A stretch of DNA of 64,000 bases from Candidatus Micrarchaeia archaeon. Lineage in GTDB: Archaea > Micrarchaeota > Micrarchaeia > CABMEP01. Shown here piece by piece: positions 40,164-51,400 of this stretch. Position 1 is the stretch's first letter; every line of letters starts with the position of its first letter. The position numbers were made by a program, and so were the translations under genes. The stretch lies in NCBI GenBank assembly GCA_038881595.1, contig JAVZPM010000001.1, positions 115,433 to 179,432 of the forward strand, written 5' to 3'. The notes beneath the pieces were generated by a model that was not told the origin of the DNA, made no database searches, and was given only the letters and a program-made list of their open reading frames with translations.

Positions 40164-42812
40164 CTAAGATACTTTTAATTGCTGTTGAATATTTTTACTC
40201 TTCAAGTATTTTGCTAATTCAATATATAGGAATCCAACTAAAGACAATGATATTATCGCAACTAATTCTAATATTGTAAGTGATTTTGTACCAAATAATA
40301 TCTGCATAGGTTCAAAATATAAAATTAACATTTGAAGAATAAGCGCTGCTAGTGCAGCCACTAATAAATATCTATTTTTAAGAATCTCTTTTCCTACTGG
40401 TTTTTCTAGAGACCTACAAGCAAAAGATTGAAACAACTCGAAAAATACAACTAATGTGAATACTACAGTCTGTGCTCTTATAAGATCATTTGATGATTCT
40501 AGAATATAAATAAATGATGCAAGTGAAAAGAATGTTAATATAATAGGATAGTGAATCAGATATATTTCCAAACCACTAGTTATATCCTCTTTTGGTGATC
40601 TTGGTTTTCTATTCATGACCTCTTTAGAAATTGGATCAACAGAAAGAGCCAATGCTGGCAGACCATCTGTTACCAAATTTATCCATAATATCTGTATTGC
40701 AACCAAAGGTAGAGGAAGGCCCATAAGTATTGCTAAAAAGATTATAAAAACTTCGGCTATATTCCCTGAAAGTAGAAATGCAATTGTCTTTCTTATATTT
40801 TCGTAAATTCCTCTTCCTTGTTCTACAGCGTTAACAATAGTTGCAAAGTTGTCATCTGAAATAACAAGATCAGCAACCTCTCTGGTTACATCAGTTCCAG
40901 TCTGTCCCATTGCTACTCCAACATCTGCAGCCTTCAAAGCTGGAGCGTCATTTATTCCATCTCCAGTCATTGCCACTATTTCTCCGTTTTCTTTGAGTAT
41001 CTTCGTTATCCTAACCTTATGCTCTGGAGATGCCCTTGCAAATATTTTTATTTTAGATATCAACCTCTTCAATTCTGTATCGCTTATATTATCTAACTCT
41101 GTACCAGTGATTGCAATCCCCTTATCCATAATACCTAATTCTTTCCCTATCGCAATTGCAGTCTCCTTATGATCGCCTGTTATCATTATTACATCTATTC
41201 CTGCTTTCTTACAGGTTGCTATTGCATGTTTAACTTCAGGCCTCGGTGGGTCTATCATAGCTTGAATGCCAAGGAAAACGAGATTGTCTTCTACTATTTT
41301 GTTAGAAGATGTAATCTTCATTGCAAATGCCAAAACTCTGAAGCTTGATGATGCATATTCTCTTTCCTTATTTAATATCATCTTCTTATGCTGATTTGTC
41401 AACTTTACTATTTTTCCTTCTTTCATTATATATGTGCATCTTTCAAGCACCTTTTCAGTCGCGCCTTTTGTCCATATTACGTTCTTTGACTTATCATACT
41501 TATAGAGTACAGACATCATTTTTCTTTCTGAGTCGAATTGGATCTCATCCAGCCTGTTTTTTTCTGATCTGTCATCTTCTAATCCTGCTTTATGTGCAGA
41601 TAAAAGTAATGCGATTTCAGTTGGATCCCCTACTGGCTCACCGTTTATAAATGCATTATTGCAGTAAAGACCTGATTTTAAAGTTAGTTTTAATTCTTCT
41701 GGAAGCTTATCTATCTCTTTGCCTTTGAACAAGATCTTTCCTTCTTTCTTGTATCCCTCACCTGTAACACTATACTCTTTACCAATATTCCATATTCTCT
41801 TTACTGTCATTTCATTTACAGTTAAAGTACCTGTCTTATCCGTACATATAACTGTAACACTTCCCAATCCCTCAACTGCAGTTAGTTTTCTTACAATTGC
41901 CTTATGTTTGGCCATTGTAGCCACTCCTAGAGACAATGCTATTGTTATAGATGCAAGTAATCCCTCAGGAACCGCCGCAACAGCTAGAGAAATAGCAGTT
42001 ATTGCAATCGTTATAAATTCGATTCCATTTATTAAACCTAAAATAAAAACTGTGAAACAAATAAAAAGAAAAACCTTGCCTATAAACTTTCCAAATTCAT
42101 CAAGTTTTCTTTGTAGCGGAGTTGTTTCTTCTCCTTGTTGTATAGAAAGTGCTATCTTTCCAAACTCAGTATTCATTCCTGTTGAAACAACAACCGCTTC
42201 ACATCTTCCATATACTACAGATGTACCCATGAATAACATATTGGATTGATTTTGAATTGGTTGCGGAGATTTCATTTGTTCTGAAGATTTGGGAACTGGA
42301 ATAGATTCACCAGTAAGAACTGATTCGTCTACTTTCAGATTTATTTGGCTTATTATTCTACAATCAGCAGGTACTTTATCTCCCGTATCTAAAATTACGA
42401 TATCTCCAGGAACAAGCTCCCTTGAAGATATGCTTTTTACCTCTTTATCTCTTAGTACCTTAACAACAGGCACTGTAAGCTTTTTTAAGGCTGTTATCGC
42501 TTCCTCTGCTTTCTTTGTTTGAATAAAGCCTAAAAATGCGTTAAGGAAAATTATTAGTAATATTAGTATTCCATCTATATATTCTCCGAATGCAAAGGAG
42601 AGTATCACTGCTACTATAAGAATTATAATAAGGAAGCTTTTAAATTGGTCTATAAAAATTTCAATGTCTGTTTTTTTCCTTTTTTCTTGTATTTCATTAT
42701 ATCCATATTTTGAGAGTCTTGCCTTTGCTTCAGAAGAAGTTAGTCCTTCTCTAGATGTATTCAAAATATCTAGTGTTTGATTAACTGAAAGTAGATGAAA
42801 TGCTTCAGGCAT
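40164..42812 (-). CDS. Cation-transporting P-type ATPase (type IIA, Ca2+-like)
   Basis: TGES, AVAAVPEGL, DKTGTLT, KGA, DPPR, TGDH, TGDGINDAPALK, WINLVTDG. Confidence 0.95.
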   Translation of the reverse strand: MPEAFHLLSVNQTLDILNTSREGLTSSEAKARLSKYGYNEIQEKRKKTDIEIFIDQFKSFLIIILIVAVILSFAFGEYIDGILILLIIFLNAFLGFIQTKKAEEAITALKKLTVPVVKVLRDKEVKSISSRELVPGDIVILDTGDKVPADCRIISQINLKVDESVLTGESIPVPKSSEQMKSPQPIQNQSNMLFMGTSVVYGRCEAVVVSTGMNTEFGKIALSIQQGEETTPLQRKLDEFGKFIGKVFLFICFTVFILGLINGIEFITIAITAISLAVAAVPEGLLASITIALSLGVATMAKHKAIVRKLTAVEGLGSVTVICTDKTGTLTVNEMTVKRIWNIGKEYSVTGEGYKKEGKILFKGKEIDKLPEELKLTLKSGLYCNNAFINGEPVGDPTEIALLLSAHKAGLEDDRSEKNRLDEIQFDSERKMMSVLYKYDKSKNVIWTKGATEKVLERCTYIMKEGKIVKLTNQHKKMILNKEREYASSSFRVLAFAMKITSSNKIVEDNLVFLGIQAMIDPPRPEVKHAIATCKKAGIDVIMITGDHKETAIAIGKELGIMDKGIAITGTELDNISDTELKRLISKIKIFARASPEHKVRITKILKENGEIVAMTGDGINDAPALKAADVGVAMGQTGTDVTREVADLVISDDNFATIVNAVEQGRGIYENIRKTIAFLLSGNIAEVFIIFLAILMGLPLPLVAIQILWINLVTDGLPALALSVDPISKEVMNRKPRSPKEDITSGLEIYLIHYPIILTFFSLASFIYILESSNDLIRAQTVVFTLVVFFELFQSFACRSLEKPVGKEILKNRYLLVAALAALILQMLILYFEPMQILFGTKSLTILELVAIISLSLVGFLYIELAKYLKSKNIQQQLKVS

Positions 42813-42935
42813 AAAAATAATTATTTAGCAATCTATAAAAAAGGATACTTTTAAGATAAAAATCGAGTAAAAAAGATTTAAAAATAGTACAAGATAAAAA
42901 AAATCTTTATAAATGTAATTAGACATATTTTATAG

Positions 42936-43439
42936 ATGAGCGACACTATTACTCAACAAATACAGGAACTTGAAGCAGAAAAAAAATCGAAGCTTGAAAA
43001 TGTTAAAAAGCTTAGTGAGGAGATCAGAACCCTAGCTAACGAAATAGAAAAAATCAGAAAAACAAGTGGTTTGGGTTCTGCGGATGAAGAAAAAAGAATA
43101 ATCAAGCAGATAAACCAGCTAGACTTTAAGATCTCAACAGCTAAAAACATGCCGCTAAAAGTTGAGAAGGAAATAGCTAAGAAAATACATAACTTAGAGT
43201 CACGTTTGAAGAAGATAAGAGAACTCAAACAGAAAATGGGAATTCTGAAAGAAATGGAAGGCAAGATCTCTCAACTAAAAAATGAAAGAGAAAAAATTAA
43301 AAAAGAAATAGACAGCATAAACGAAGAAATAGATGCGCTTAAAGAAGAAAAAAGGATGGCATCAAGAAAGAAAATAAGAGAAGCGGCCATTGAACAATTC
43401 TCTTTAGGAGATATTGCAGCTATAAAAAGAAAGAAATAA
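42936..43439 (+). CDS. Archaeal coiled-coil protein
   Basis: Heptad-rich 167 aa; I..LDFKI.T..MPLK.EKEI pattern (COG1340-like). Confidence 0.7.
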   Translation: MSDTITQQIQELEAEKKSKLENVKKLSEEIRTLANEIEKIRKTSGLGSADEEKRIIKQINQLDFKISTAKNMPLKVEKEIAKKIHNLESRLKKIRELKQKMGILKEMEGKISQLKNEREKIKKEIDSINEEIDALKEEKRMASRKKIREAAIEQFSLGDIAAIKRKK

Positions 43440-43487
43440 CAGCTCAATTCTTAATTTTCTTCTTCCTTTCTTAATTTAGGTAGTGAT

Positions 43488-45857
43488 ATGAGTAAAATAA
43501 GAGCGATTCTTATTGATGTTGATGTTGTAACTAAAAATAACAGAAGCATAATAAGATTAATTCTAAAAAGAAAAAAAATGTTTAGACTCTATGATAAAGA
43601 TTTCTATCCCTATTTTTACATAGAAACTGAACAAGAGATTAAAAGAGGGATTTATAATGGAATAGAAATAATAGATGTTAAAGAGGTAAAAAAACGAATA
43701 GGAAGAGAGGAAAGAACATTAAAGAAAATAATTTGTAATGATCCTAAAGAAATACCAGTTCTTGCCAAAATGTTTGGTGAAATAGGAAAAGTCTATGAAA
43801 AAGATATCAAATTTAATAAAAGATACTTAATTGATAAAGATCTAAAACCTATGAATACAGTGGAAATAGAATATGAAGGTAAATATGTAAAAAGTATAAA
43901 AGATATTGGAAACATAATTGATGTCAATTCATTGAAGACTCTAACTTTTGATATAGAAGTATATAATCCACATGGAATACCTAGAGAAGATGAAGATCCA
44001 GCCATAATCATAAGCTATGCCAATGATGAAACAGCTGGAGCAATCACTTGGAAAAATGGAAAAACTGAAAACGTTTCTATTGTGAAAGATGAAAAGGAGA
44101 TGATTGAAAAATTCTGTGATTTAATTGAAGAGAAAGACATTGATATTCTTGCGGGATATAATTCCTCTGTTTTTGACATCCCTTATCTTCAAGCTAGAGC
44201 TAAAGAACTTGGTACAAAATTGGGTTTAGGTAGAGGAAGAAGTGAACCAAAGATAAAAAGAATTGGAATGACAACACATACTAAACTTGAAGGTAGAGTA
44301 CATTCTGATGTTTATTATCTAGTAAGAATTCTTGCTGCTGCTCAGGCTATCAAGCTTGAGCGACATACTCTTGAAGAGGTTTACAAAGAGTTAGTTGGCG
44401 GAGAAGATTGGAAAGTTGATATGTTTTCTATATATAAAATGTGGGATGATGAAAATAAAAGAAAAGAATTATTAGAATATGCTATAAAAGATGCAAAGGC
44501 GGCATATGAGATTTTCAAGAAACTTTATCCATTAGAAGTGGAGTTGGCTAGACTTACTAAGATAACCCTTCCCAACATAAGCGGTTCTACAACAGGACAG
44601 ATGGTCGAATCCTTACTTATGGATGAAAGTTATAAAAGAGGATATCTTATACCTCAAAAGCCAAGCTGGGCTCAAGATTTTTCAAAGCCAATACAAGGAG
44701 CTTATGTAAAGCTTCCATCTCCTGGAATATATGAAAGAATTGCTGTGTTTGATTTCAGAAGTTTGTATCCTTCTATAATAACCTCTCACAATATTGATCC
44801 TTATACTATTAACTGTGGTCATGAAGAATGCAAGAATGGGAGAAATAAGGCTCCAAATGGATTTTACTTCTGCGAAAAGGAAAAAGGTTTGGTTCCTTCT
44901 GCCATACTTCATCTTTTAGAACTTAGAAAGAAAATAAAGAAAGAACTTAAGGAGGCACAAAAATCTGGAAATGAAAAGGAGGTTAGTACACTCAATGCTA
45001 GAGTGGCTGCTCTAAAGATTGTATTGAATACTGTATATGGAATGCTTAATTATCCAAAATCAAGATGGTATTCAAGAGAATGTGCAGAATCAATAACTGC
45101 ATTCGGAAGGAATTACATTCAAGAGGTAGGAAGAAGAGCTGAAGAAAAAGGATTTAAGGTTCTTTACAGTGACACAGACAGCATATTCCTTCTCCTTGGA
45201 AATAAGACAGAAGAAGATGCCATCAATTTTATGGAAGAAATAAATAAGATGCTTCCTGAAACCATGGAGTTAGAATTAGAAAATATCTATAAAAGAGGAG
45301 TTTTTGTATCTAAGAAGCAAGAGAAAGAAACAGGGGCAAAAAAGAAATATGCATTAGTTACAGAGGATGGCAAAATCAAGATAAGGGGATTTGAGCTTGT
45401 AAGGAGAGATTGGTCTAAGATAGCAAGAGAAACGCAGAGAAAGGTTTTGGAGGCAATACTGATAGATGGCAGTAAGGAAAAGGCCCTTTCCATAGTGAAG
45501 GAAGTTGTTGAAAAACTAAACAAAGGCAACGTGTCAAAAGATGATTTGATTATTTATACACAACTTAGGAAAGAAGAATATGAAGTTCTTTCCCCAGAAA
45601 TTTCAGCTGTTGAAAAGGCAAGAAAGAGAGGAATTGAAATAAAGCCAGGATCTATTATAGGATATATAATAACTAAAAAGGGAAATAGTATATCTGAAAA
45701 GGCGGAAATAGCTGAATTTGCTAACGATTATGATGCTGAATATTATATTCATAATCAAGTGCTTCCTGCTGTGATGAAAATAATTGGTGAGTTAGGTTAC
45801 AGTGAGGAGGATATAATATTTGAAGGGAAACAATCTTCTCTTTCAGATTGGATGTGA
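43488..45857 (+). CDS. polB: DNA polymerase, family B
   Basis: Exonuclease motifs FDIE, YNS..FDIPY, YA..DA; polymerase motifs DFRSLYPSII, K...N..YG, YSDTDS, KKKY, RRDW; C-terminal PIP-like QSSLSDW. Confidence 0.97.
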   Translation: MSKIRAILIDVDVVTKNNRSIIRLILKRKKMFRLYDKDFYPYFYIETEQEIKRGIYNGIEIIDVKEVKKRIGREERTLKKIICNDPKEIPVLAKMFGEIGKVYEKDIKFNKRYLIDKDLKPMNTVEIEYEGKYVKSIKDIGNIIDVNSLKTLTFDIEVYNPHGIPREDEDPAIIISYANDETAGAITWKNGKTENVSIVKDEKEMIEKFCDLIEEKDIDILAGYNSSVFDIPYLQARAKELGTKLGLGRGRSEPKIKRIGMTTHTKLEGRVHSDVYYLVRILAAAQAIKLERHTLEEVYKELVGGEDWKVDMFSIYKMWDDENKRKELLEYAIKDAKAAYEIFKKLYPLEVELARLTKITLPNISGSTTGQMVESLLMDESYKRGYLIPQKPSWAQDFSKPIQGAYVKLPSPGIYERIAVFDFRSLYPSIITSHNIDPYTINCGHEECKNGRNKAPNGFYFCEKEKGLVPSAILHLLELRKKIKKELKEAQKSGNEKEVSTLNARVAALKIVLNTVYGMLNYPKSRWYSRECAESITAFGRNYIQEVGRRAEEKGFKVLYSDTDSIFLLLGNKTEEDAINFMEEINKMLPETMELELENIYKRGVFVSKKQEKETGAKKKYALVTEDGKIKIRGFELVRRDWSKIARETQRKVLEAILIDGSKEKALSIVKEVVEKLNKGNVSKDDLIIYTQLRKEEYEVLSPEISAVEKARKRGIEIKPGSIIGYIITKKGNSISEKAEIAEFANDYDAEYYIHNQVLPAVMKIIGELGYSEEDIIFEGKQSSLSDWM

Positions 45858-45873
45858 TTAAAAAGGTGAATAA

Positions 45874-46779
45874 ATGGATGAATTTTATGAAGAATATAGT
45901 GAGGAAGATAAGATAAAAAATACTATCGAGGCTGGAAAGATTGCAGAAAAAATAAGAGATTCTATTAAAATAAAAGAAGGGGATTCGATACTGAAGCTAT
46001 GCGATTCACTTGAAAAGAAAATGGAGGAGATGGGTGGAGGATATGCTTTTCCAGTAAACATCTCAATAAACGAAATAACAGCGCATGATACTGCATCTGT
46101 GAATGATGATAGAGTATTTACAAAGGATGATTTAGTAAAGATAGATATAGGTGTTCAGAAAGAAGGCTTCATTGCAGATGGCTCAATCACAATAGACCTA
46201 AGTGGAGAACATGGAAAGATGATTGATGCAACAAAAGAAGCGTTGGAAAACGCAGTATCAAAAATAAAGGCTGGAATATCCACATCGGAAATAGGAAAAG
46301 AAATTGAAAACACTTTGAAGAAAAAAGGATTTAAACCTATAGATAATTTGACTGGCCATGGCCTTGATAGATATATAATTCATTGTGATCCGATAATACC
46401 AAATTTCGAAACAAAGAAAGGAGCAATATTAAATGAAGGGGACATCGTCGCAATAGAGCCTTTCGTAACCTATAGTAATGCAGCAGGGCATGTAAGTGAA
46501 ATGGACAGGTGTGAAATATTCAGCGCGCATAGTTTCGAGGCTACTAGAAATCGTGAAGCTAGAAAAATGATGGAAAAGATTGTAAGGGAGAGAAAAACAA
46601 TGCCATTTGCTGAAAGACACTATGTAAAAACACAGGTTGAAAAAATTGCGTTAATGGAGCTTGTTAGAAATGGTTCTTTAATGGCCTATCCAGTTCTAAG
46701 GGAAGTAAGCAAAAGTAAGGTCGCTCAGTTTGAGCATACAGTTGTGGTAGGAAAGGATTCTGCAGATATTGTATTCTAA
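45874..46779 (+). CDS. map: Methionine aminopeptidase type II
   Basis: AFPVNISIN...AHDT, KIDIGV..GFIAD, NLTGH, AIEPF, AQFEHT. Confidence 0.96.
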   Translation: MDEFYEEYSEEDKIKNTIEAGKIAEKIRDSIKIKEGDSILKLCDSLEKKMEEMGGGYAFPVNISINEITAHDTASVNDDRVFTKDDLVKIDIGVQKEGFIADGSITIDLSGEHGKMIDATKEALENAVSKIKAGISTSEIGKEIENTLKKKGFKPIDNLTGHGLDRYIIHCDPIIPNFETKKGAILNEGDIVAIEPFVTYSNAAGHVSEMDRCEIFSAHSFEATRNREARKMMEKIVRERKTMPFAERHYVKTQVEKIALMELVRNGSLMAYPVLREVSKSKVAQFEHTVVVGKDSADIVF

Positions 46780-46866
46780 CTTCTTAAACTGTCTTAAACC
46801 GCAATTGTTTGGATTGATTCTACGTAAACATCAAAGGTTTAAAAAACCAACCAGCAATATATAGAT

Positions 46867-47589
46867 ATGGCAAAAATTGTAGAGGTTGCTCCAATTAAAC
46901 TAAAAAATCCAATATTGATAGAAGGGTTCCCAGGAGTTGGGATGATCGGAACAATTGCAGCAATGCATTTGGTTAAGGAATGGGATATGGAATTAGTTGG
47001 ATACCTAGATTCTGAAGCTTTCCCACCTTTATGTACTATTCATAATGAAGAACCATTACCTGCTGCAAGGATATACCAATCTAAAAAGTACAATGCTCTT
47101 GTTTTATTTTCAGAGTTTGTGATACCAATCTCAGCAGTAAGCTCAGTTGCAAATGAAATTGTCTTGTGGGGAGAGGATAAGAAACTCAGTGCAATTATAT
47201 CATTGGGTGGCGTTGGAATAGATGCTTCAAAGGATGAAGTATTTGGAATCGCATCTACAGAAGGTCTGAAAAATGATCTGAGAGACGCTGGTGTGACTAT
47301 AGTAAAAGAAGGAGTAACAACTGGTGTGACTGGTTTGATATTAGCGAATGCATATGTGAGAAAATTCCCTGCCGCCGCAATCCTTACATCTAATAGAGGT
47401 ATGAACATCAATTTAATAGGTGCAGCTAAAGTACTCGATAAACTAAGTGAATTACTACATATAAAAATAGATACAGAAAAGCTAAAGAAAGAAGGAGAAG
47501 AAATAGAAGAAAAACTAAAGAAATTGATAAAAGACAGCAAAGAAGCAAAGAAAACATACGAACAGATACAGTCTCCAATGTATAGATAG
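46867..47589 (+). CDS. Proteasome assembly chaperone, PAC2 family
   Basis: IEGFPGVGMIGTIA, FPP, IISLGG; C-terminal MYR HbYX motif. Confidence 0.92.
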   Translation: MAKIVEVAPIKLKNPILIEGFPGVGMIGTIAAMHLVKEWDMELVGYLDSEAFPPLCTIHNEEPLPAARIYQSKKYNALVLFSEFVIPISAVSSVANEIVLWGEDKKLSAIISLGGVGIDASKDEVFGIASTEGLKNDLRDAGVTIVKEGVTTGVTGLILANAYVRKFPAAAILTSNRGMNINLIGAAKVLDKLSELLHIKIDTEKLKKEGEEIEEKLKKLIKDSKEAKKTYEQIQSPMYR

Positions 47590-47662
47590 AATTTTTATTT
47601 TCCTGATTGAGATAGTTATAACATAAAGATTAGGACCTACGCACAATGATTACTACAAATAT

Positions 47663-47749
47663 GCAGGGGTGCCCGAGCTTGGTCTAAAGGGTAGGGCTTA
47701 GGACCCTATGCGCGTAGGCGCTTCGTGGGTTCAAATCCCACCCCCTGCA
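47663..47749 (+). tRNA. tRNA-Leu(UAG)
   Basis: Acceptor GCAGGGG/CCCCTGC; anticodon arm TAGGG-CT-TAG-GA-CCCTA; long variable arm; discriminator A. Confidence 0.96.
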
Positions 47750-47750
47750 T

Positions 47751-48890
47751 TTACTCTCTCTTCATTTTATTCTCAATTCTTTGCAAGGCAATCTTCATCG
47801 CTGCATCTCTAGGCTTTATCCCTTCTTTTCTGGATAAAACCAATACTTTCTTTACATTGGATGTTATTTTTTTCTCTACTATTTTGAACATTTCATCTGG
47901 TGTTTTTCCTTTGTATTCTGCATAGGAAGAGATCACGCCTCCTGCATTTGCAACAAAATCTGGAATAACTAATATTCCCTTTTTATGTAATATCTCTTCG
48001 TATTCTGGTCTGGTAGGGATATTAGAGCCTTCAACTATTATTTTAGCACGGATCTTATCAACATTGTCCTTGTTTATTACATCAGGTACTGCTGCTGTGA
48101 TTAATACATCTACATCCAATTCAAAAAGATCAGAAGTCTTAAGTATTTTGCCAGGTTTATAATTAATAACACTTCCTGTCACCTTCTTTACTCTTTCTAG
48201 TTCCTGAAAATTTATTCCGTCTGGATTATAAAGCGTTCCTTTACTATCACTTATTGCAACGAGCTTTGCTCCTTTTTCTATCATGTGTTTTGCTGCAAAA
48301 TATCCAACATTTCCAAATCCCTCAACTGCAAATGATGTTTCTTTTACATTCATTCTCTTGAATTCTAATCCTACTAAAGTAGCTTGACAAACTCCAAAGC
48401 CGGTTGAGCCATATTCATGTGGAATCCCGCATTTCTTACCGTTCTTTCCAAAACACATATCTTTTGGCTTTCCAGTTGCTGCTTTCCATGAACCATTTGC
48501 CTCCACAAACCATCTCATCTCTTCCTCTCCTGTATTGATGTCTGGCCCTGCAACGTATTCTTTTGGACATATGGATTTTATTGCCTTTGAAAAGGCGGTT
48601 ATGTACTCCTTCTTTCTTTTTGGATCTTTGATTACTTCTGGGGGAGCTAATATACCGGCTTTTGCTCCTCCGAAAGGAAGTCCTGCTAAGGAATTTTTTA
48701 AGGTCATAGCTCTTGCAAGCCTGGCAACTTCTTCAATTGTAACTGTTGGAGTCATTCTAATTCCTCCCTTTCCAATACCTAGTACTGTATTGTCTATTAC
48801 AACCCAACCTTTCATTCCTGTTTTCTTATCTGAAACAATAAGTATTTTTTCTGGACCTAAATTGTCAAAATCTATATTTCCAAGATTCAT
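47751..48890 (-). CDS. gdhA: Glu/Leu/Phe/Val dehydrogenase (glutamate dehydrogenase)
   Basis: GKGGIRM, MTLKNSLAGLPFGGAKAG, GPDINT, GFGNVG, PDFVANAGGV. Confidence 0.93.
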   Translation of the reverse strand: MNLGNIDFDNLGPEKILIVSDKKTGMKGWVVIDNTVLGIGKGGIRMTPTVTIEEVARLARAMTLKNSLAGLPFGGAKAGILAPPEVIKDPKRKKEYITAFSKAIKSICPKEYVAGPDINTGEEEMRWFVEANGSWKAATGKPKDMCFGKNGKKCGIPHEYGSTGFGVCQATLVGLEFKRMNVKETSFAVEGFGNVGYFAAKHMIEKGAKLVAISDSKGTLYNPDGINFQELERVKKVTGSVINYKPGKILKTSDLFELDVDVLITAAVPDVINKDNVDKIRAKIIVEGSNIPTRPEYEEILHKKGILVIPDFVANAGGVISSYAEYKGKTPDEMFKIVEKKITSNVKKVLVLSRKEGIKPRDAAMKIALQRIENKMKRE

Positions 48891-49502
48891 TTATTCACCT
48901 TTGACAATTGAATTCTGTTTTCTACAAAAAGTTAAATAAGCAGTATGTGTGATTCCCGTATTCTGCGGTCTCGTACCTTTTTCTCTTGAAATTATCTCTC
49001 TTACTATTACTTCTATCGTAAATGTAATGAAATTGTTTTTTGTAGCTGTAGATACGAATTTAGAAACTTGTTCTGTGTGAGGAAGATAAGCAACTATATA
49101 TCCATTCTCACTTAGCTTAAAATTAGAATTGAAAATATTTTCTGGATTAGGTAGATCTAGATTAATTACATTTATTTCTTCATCTATTTTCGAGATTTCT
49201 TCAAACACAGAACCAAATTTGTGTACAATATTAGTAAGACCTGAACGTTTTATGTTTTTTTCTGAAAATTCATAGAACTCTTTTTTATTTTCATAAGAGT
49301 AAACCTTTTTGGCTATGGAAGCAAAGAATACAGTGGCGAATCCGCTTCCGGTACCTGCATCAACAACTATACTTTCTTTATTCATTCCTGTGAATGCGAC
49401 TATTGCACCTAAATCTTTTGGAAGTATTATTTGTGGTCCTCTTTTTAATTTTTGGAGTTGTGGTGGAAACCTAAAATCATATTCTTTCTTGCGCCTTGCC
49501 AT
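48891..49502 (-). CDS. trmI: tRNA (adenine57/58-N1) methyltransferase
   Basis: KRGPQIILPKD, DAGTGSG, LDLPNP, TRP....THTAYL. Start reassigned to MARRKK. Confidence 0.93.
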   Translation of the reverse strand: MARRKKEYDFRFPPQLQKLKRGPQIILPKDLGAIVAFTGMNKESIVVDAGTGSGFATVFFASIAKKVYSYENKKEFYEFSEKNIKRSGLTNIVHKFGSVFEEISKIDEEINVINLDLPNPENIFNSNFKLSENGYIVAYLPHTEQVSKFVSTATKNNFITFTIEVIVREIISREKGTRPQNTGITHTAYLTFCRKQNSIVKGE

Positions 49503-49575
49503 AAAATAAATATAATGATAATATTTTAATCCCTTTACTGCTATAATAATAAACAATCATAATAATAAATAATCT

Positions 49576-49647
49576 GCCTCAGTAGCTCAGGGGTAGAGCG
49601 CTACCTTGGTAAGGTAGAGGTCGCGAGTTCGATTCTCGCCTGAGGCT
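49576..49647 (+). tRNA. tRNA-Thr(GGU)
   Basis: Acceptor GCCTCAG/CTGAGGC; anticodon arm CTACC-TT-GGT-AA-GGTAG; discriminator U. Confidence 0.96.
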
Positions 49648-49668
49648 CTACTGATTTCTGATTTTGAT

Positions 49669-51363
49669 TTAAAAAGTAATGAATTCTCTTCCGAAATTAA
49701 AAAGAAATATAACTAAAGGAAGTAAAATAATAAAGTAACCAATAAAAGTCCTAAGTCTTCCTTCTTGCATAGCTATAAATATTGAAGATAATAATACATA
49801 AATGATAATATAAACTTGAGCTGCATTTGTTGCAACTGTCAATATCTCATTTCTATTCTGTAAAGTTGTAACATCATTGTTTAATGGTTGAATGTTTGAT
49901 ATTAAATTTAAAATTACAGCTAGAATAATAGGAACGAATATACAACCTCCAATAAGAATAGTATATTTCTGCAATGCTAAAGAAGAAGCTTGTTCTTTTT
50001 TAAGCATGTTTAACTCAAAAATATCTTCTGCAGTTTCTTTTATTCCTTTGTGAACATCTCTTCCTGTTTTATAACATTGTATAAGAAGTGAAATCACTCT
50101 GTCTAGTAAAAGTGAACTGTTCCTATCTTTCATATTAAGAAGTGCGTGGTTTACACTAATTCCGACTTTTATCTGCCTTGATGCCTTTCTAAATTCATCA
50201 GATAAAGACTTGTATCCTGCGTTGGCTATGTTTTCTATTATTCTTTCCATTGGAACCCCTAGCTCAAGAGTAGCAGCATACATTAATGCATCTGGAAGAT
50301 GTTGCTCTATCTCATTTGCTCTAATTTCAATTAGCCATAACAAGATGAAATATATTAATAATGGGAGAAGAAGGAAAAGTAATGAATAGTAATTTATTTC
50401 AAAGTAAAATATAATAGTTAGTAAAAATGAAATCAAAAATAAGTAAATTATAAACGTTTTAAACTTTAAATTTATTTTCATATTTTTAAGTTGCTCATCT
50501 AGCATTATTTCTTCTTTTTTAGATAGAAATTTTTCTGATAGATTTGAAAGAACTGTGGGTGTTGTAGATTTTATATATACTATTAATAAGATATTTATAA
50601 GTGGGAATAAAACAACAAATGTGAACCATATATCATTTGGTGAAGTTTTCATATCTAGATATGTACTTGCTACTACAATGTATGCTAAAAACATTGTTGG
50701 TGCTATAGACGAAAATGCTATAAACATAAGACTTAGAAAACTAAGTTTTGCAGAGAACTCTTTAAATTTAAATCTTTGTGCATGAATTAATTCATCTGCA
50801 CTATGTTTTAATTCCGTTCCATCCATACCTTCTAAATAAACGTGTATTAACTTGACCATTAATTTCTTAACTGTCTGAGAATCTACTCGCTCAGTTACTT
50901 GTCTAAGTGCTTCAGGTATTGAAGTACCACTGTCTATCATATTAATTACTTTTTTGAATTCCGCTGAACATTTATAATTAGAGTTTGCTATATTTTCAAG
51001 GGCTGTTTCAAATGGTACTTTCATATTTAACTGGATACCAATCGACCTTATTGCAATTGGTAGATCTGATTCTATTTCTAATGCTCTTCGCTTTGCTATA
51101 TAAGAGGGAAGTTTCTTAAGAATAAGAAAATATGCGGTGGATAGCATAAAAAATATAAGTCCCAAACTTAGGTAATCAAATGAAGTACTTAGAGTGGATA
51201 TAAAGTATGTAGAGATGGTACTTAAAACGATTGAAAAGAAAAAAGAATAAGTCAGATATTTGGAAGGTGAAATCTCTATATCGGCACGATATAAATCTAA
51301 TACCATTTCTTTTTCCAATGATTTGAAATATTCTTTAATTATATTTTGAAATCTATTCTCCAA
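49669..51363 (-). CDS. Type IV pilus platform membrane protein (TadC/ArlJ-like, two T2SSF domains)
   Basis: Two repeats (EIESDLP.A / EIEQHLPDAL ... G.S...AL); multiple TMs; directly downstream of the ATPase. Confidence 0.9.
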   Translation of the reverse strand: MENRFQNIIKEYFKSLEKEMVLDLYRADIEISPSKYLTYSFFFSIVLSTISTYFISTLSTSFDYLSLGLIFFMLSTAYFLILKKLPSYIAKRRALEIESDLPIAIRSIGIQLNMKVPFETALENIANSNYKCSAEFKKVINMIDSGTSIPEALRQVTERVDSQTVKKLMVKLIHVYLEGMDGTELKHSADELIHAQRFKFKEFSAKLSFLSLMFIAFSSIAPTMFLAYIVVASTYLDMKTSPNDIWFTFVVLFPLINILLIVYIKSTTPTVLSNLSEKFLSKKEEIMLDEQLKNMKINLKFKTFIIYLFLISFLLTIIFYFEINYYSLLFLLLPLLIYFILLWLIEIRANEIEQHLPDALMYAATLELGVPMERIIENIANAGYKSLSDEFRKASRQIKVGISVNHALLNMKDRNSSLLLDRVISLLIQCYKTGRDVHKGIKETAEDIFELNMLKKEQASSLALQKYTILIGGCIFVPIILAVILNLISNIQPLNNDVTTLQNRNEILTVATNAAQVYIIIYVLLSSIFIAMQEGRLRTFIGYFIILLPLVIFLFNFGREFITF

Positions 51364-51400
51364 ATATTCACCTTAAACTATTCTACATTAATGATAAATG

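Noticed and set aside
43488-45857. PolB as an inactivated or mobile-element polymerase
   Set aside because: Exonuclease and polymerase motifs are intact, there is no intein, and the context is housekeeping.
47629-47645. TTAGGACCTACGC upstream of tRNA-Leu resembling its anticodon arm (att-site remnant?)
   Set aside because: Only 8 nt exact match and no integrase or element nearby.
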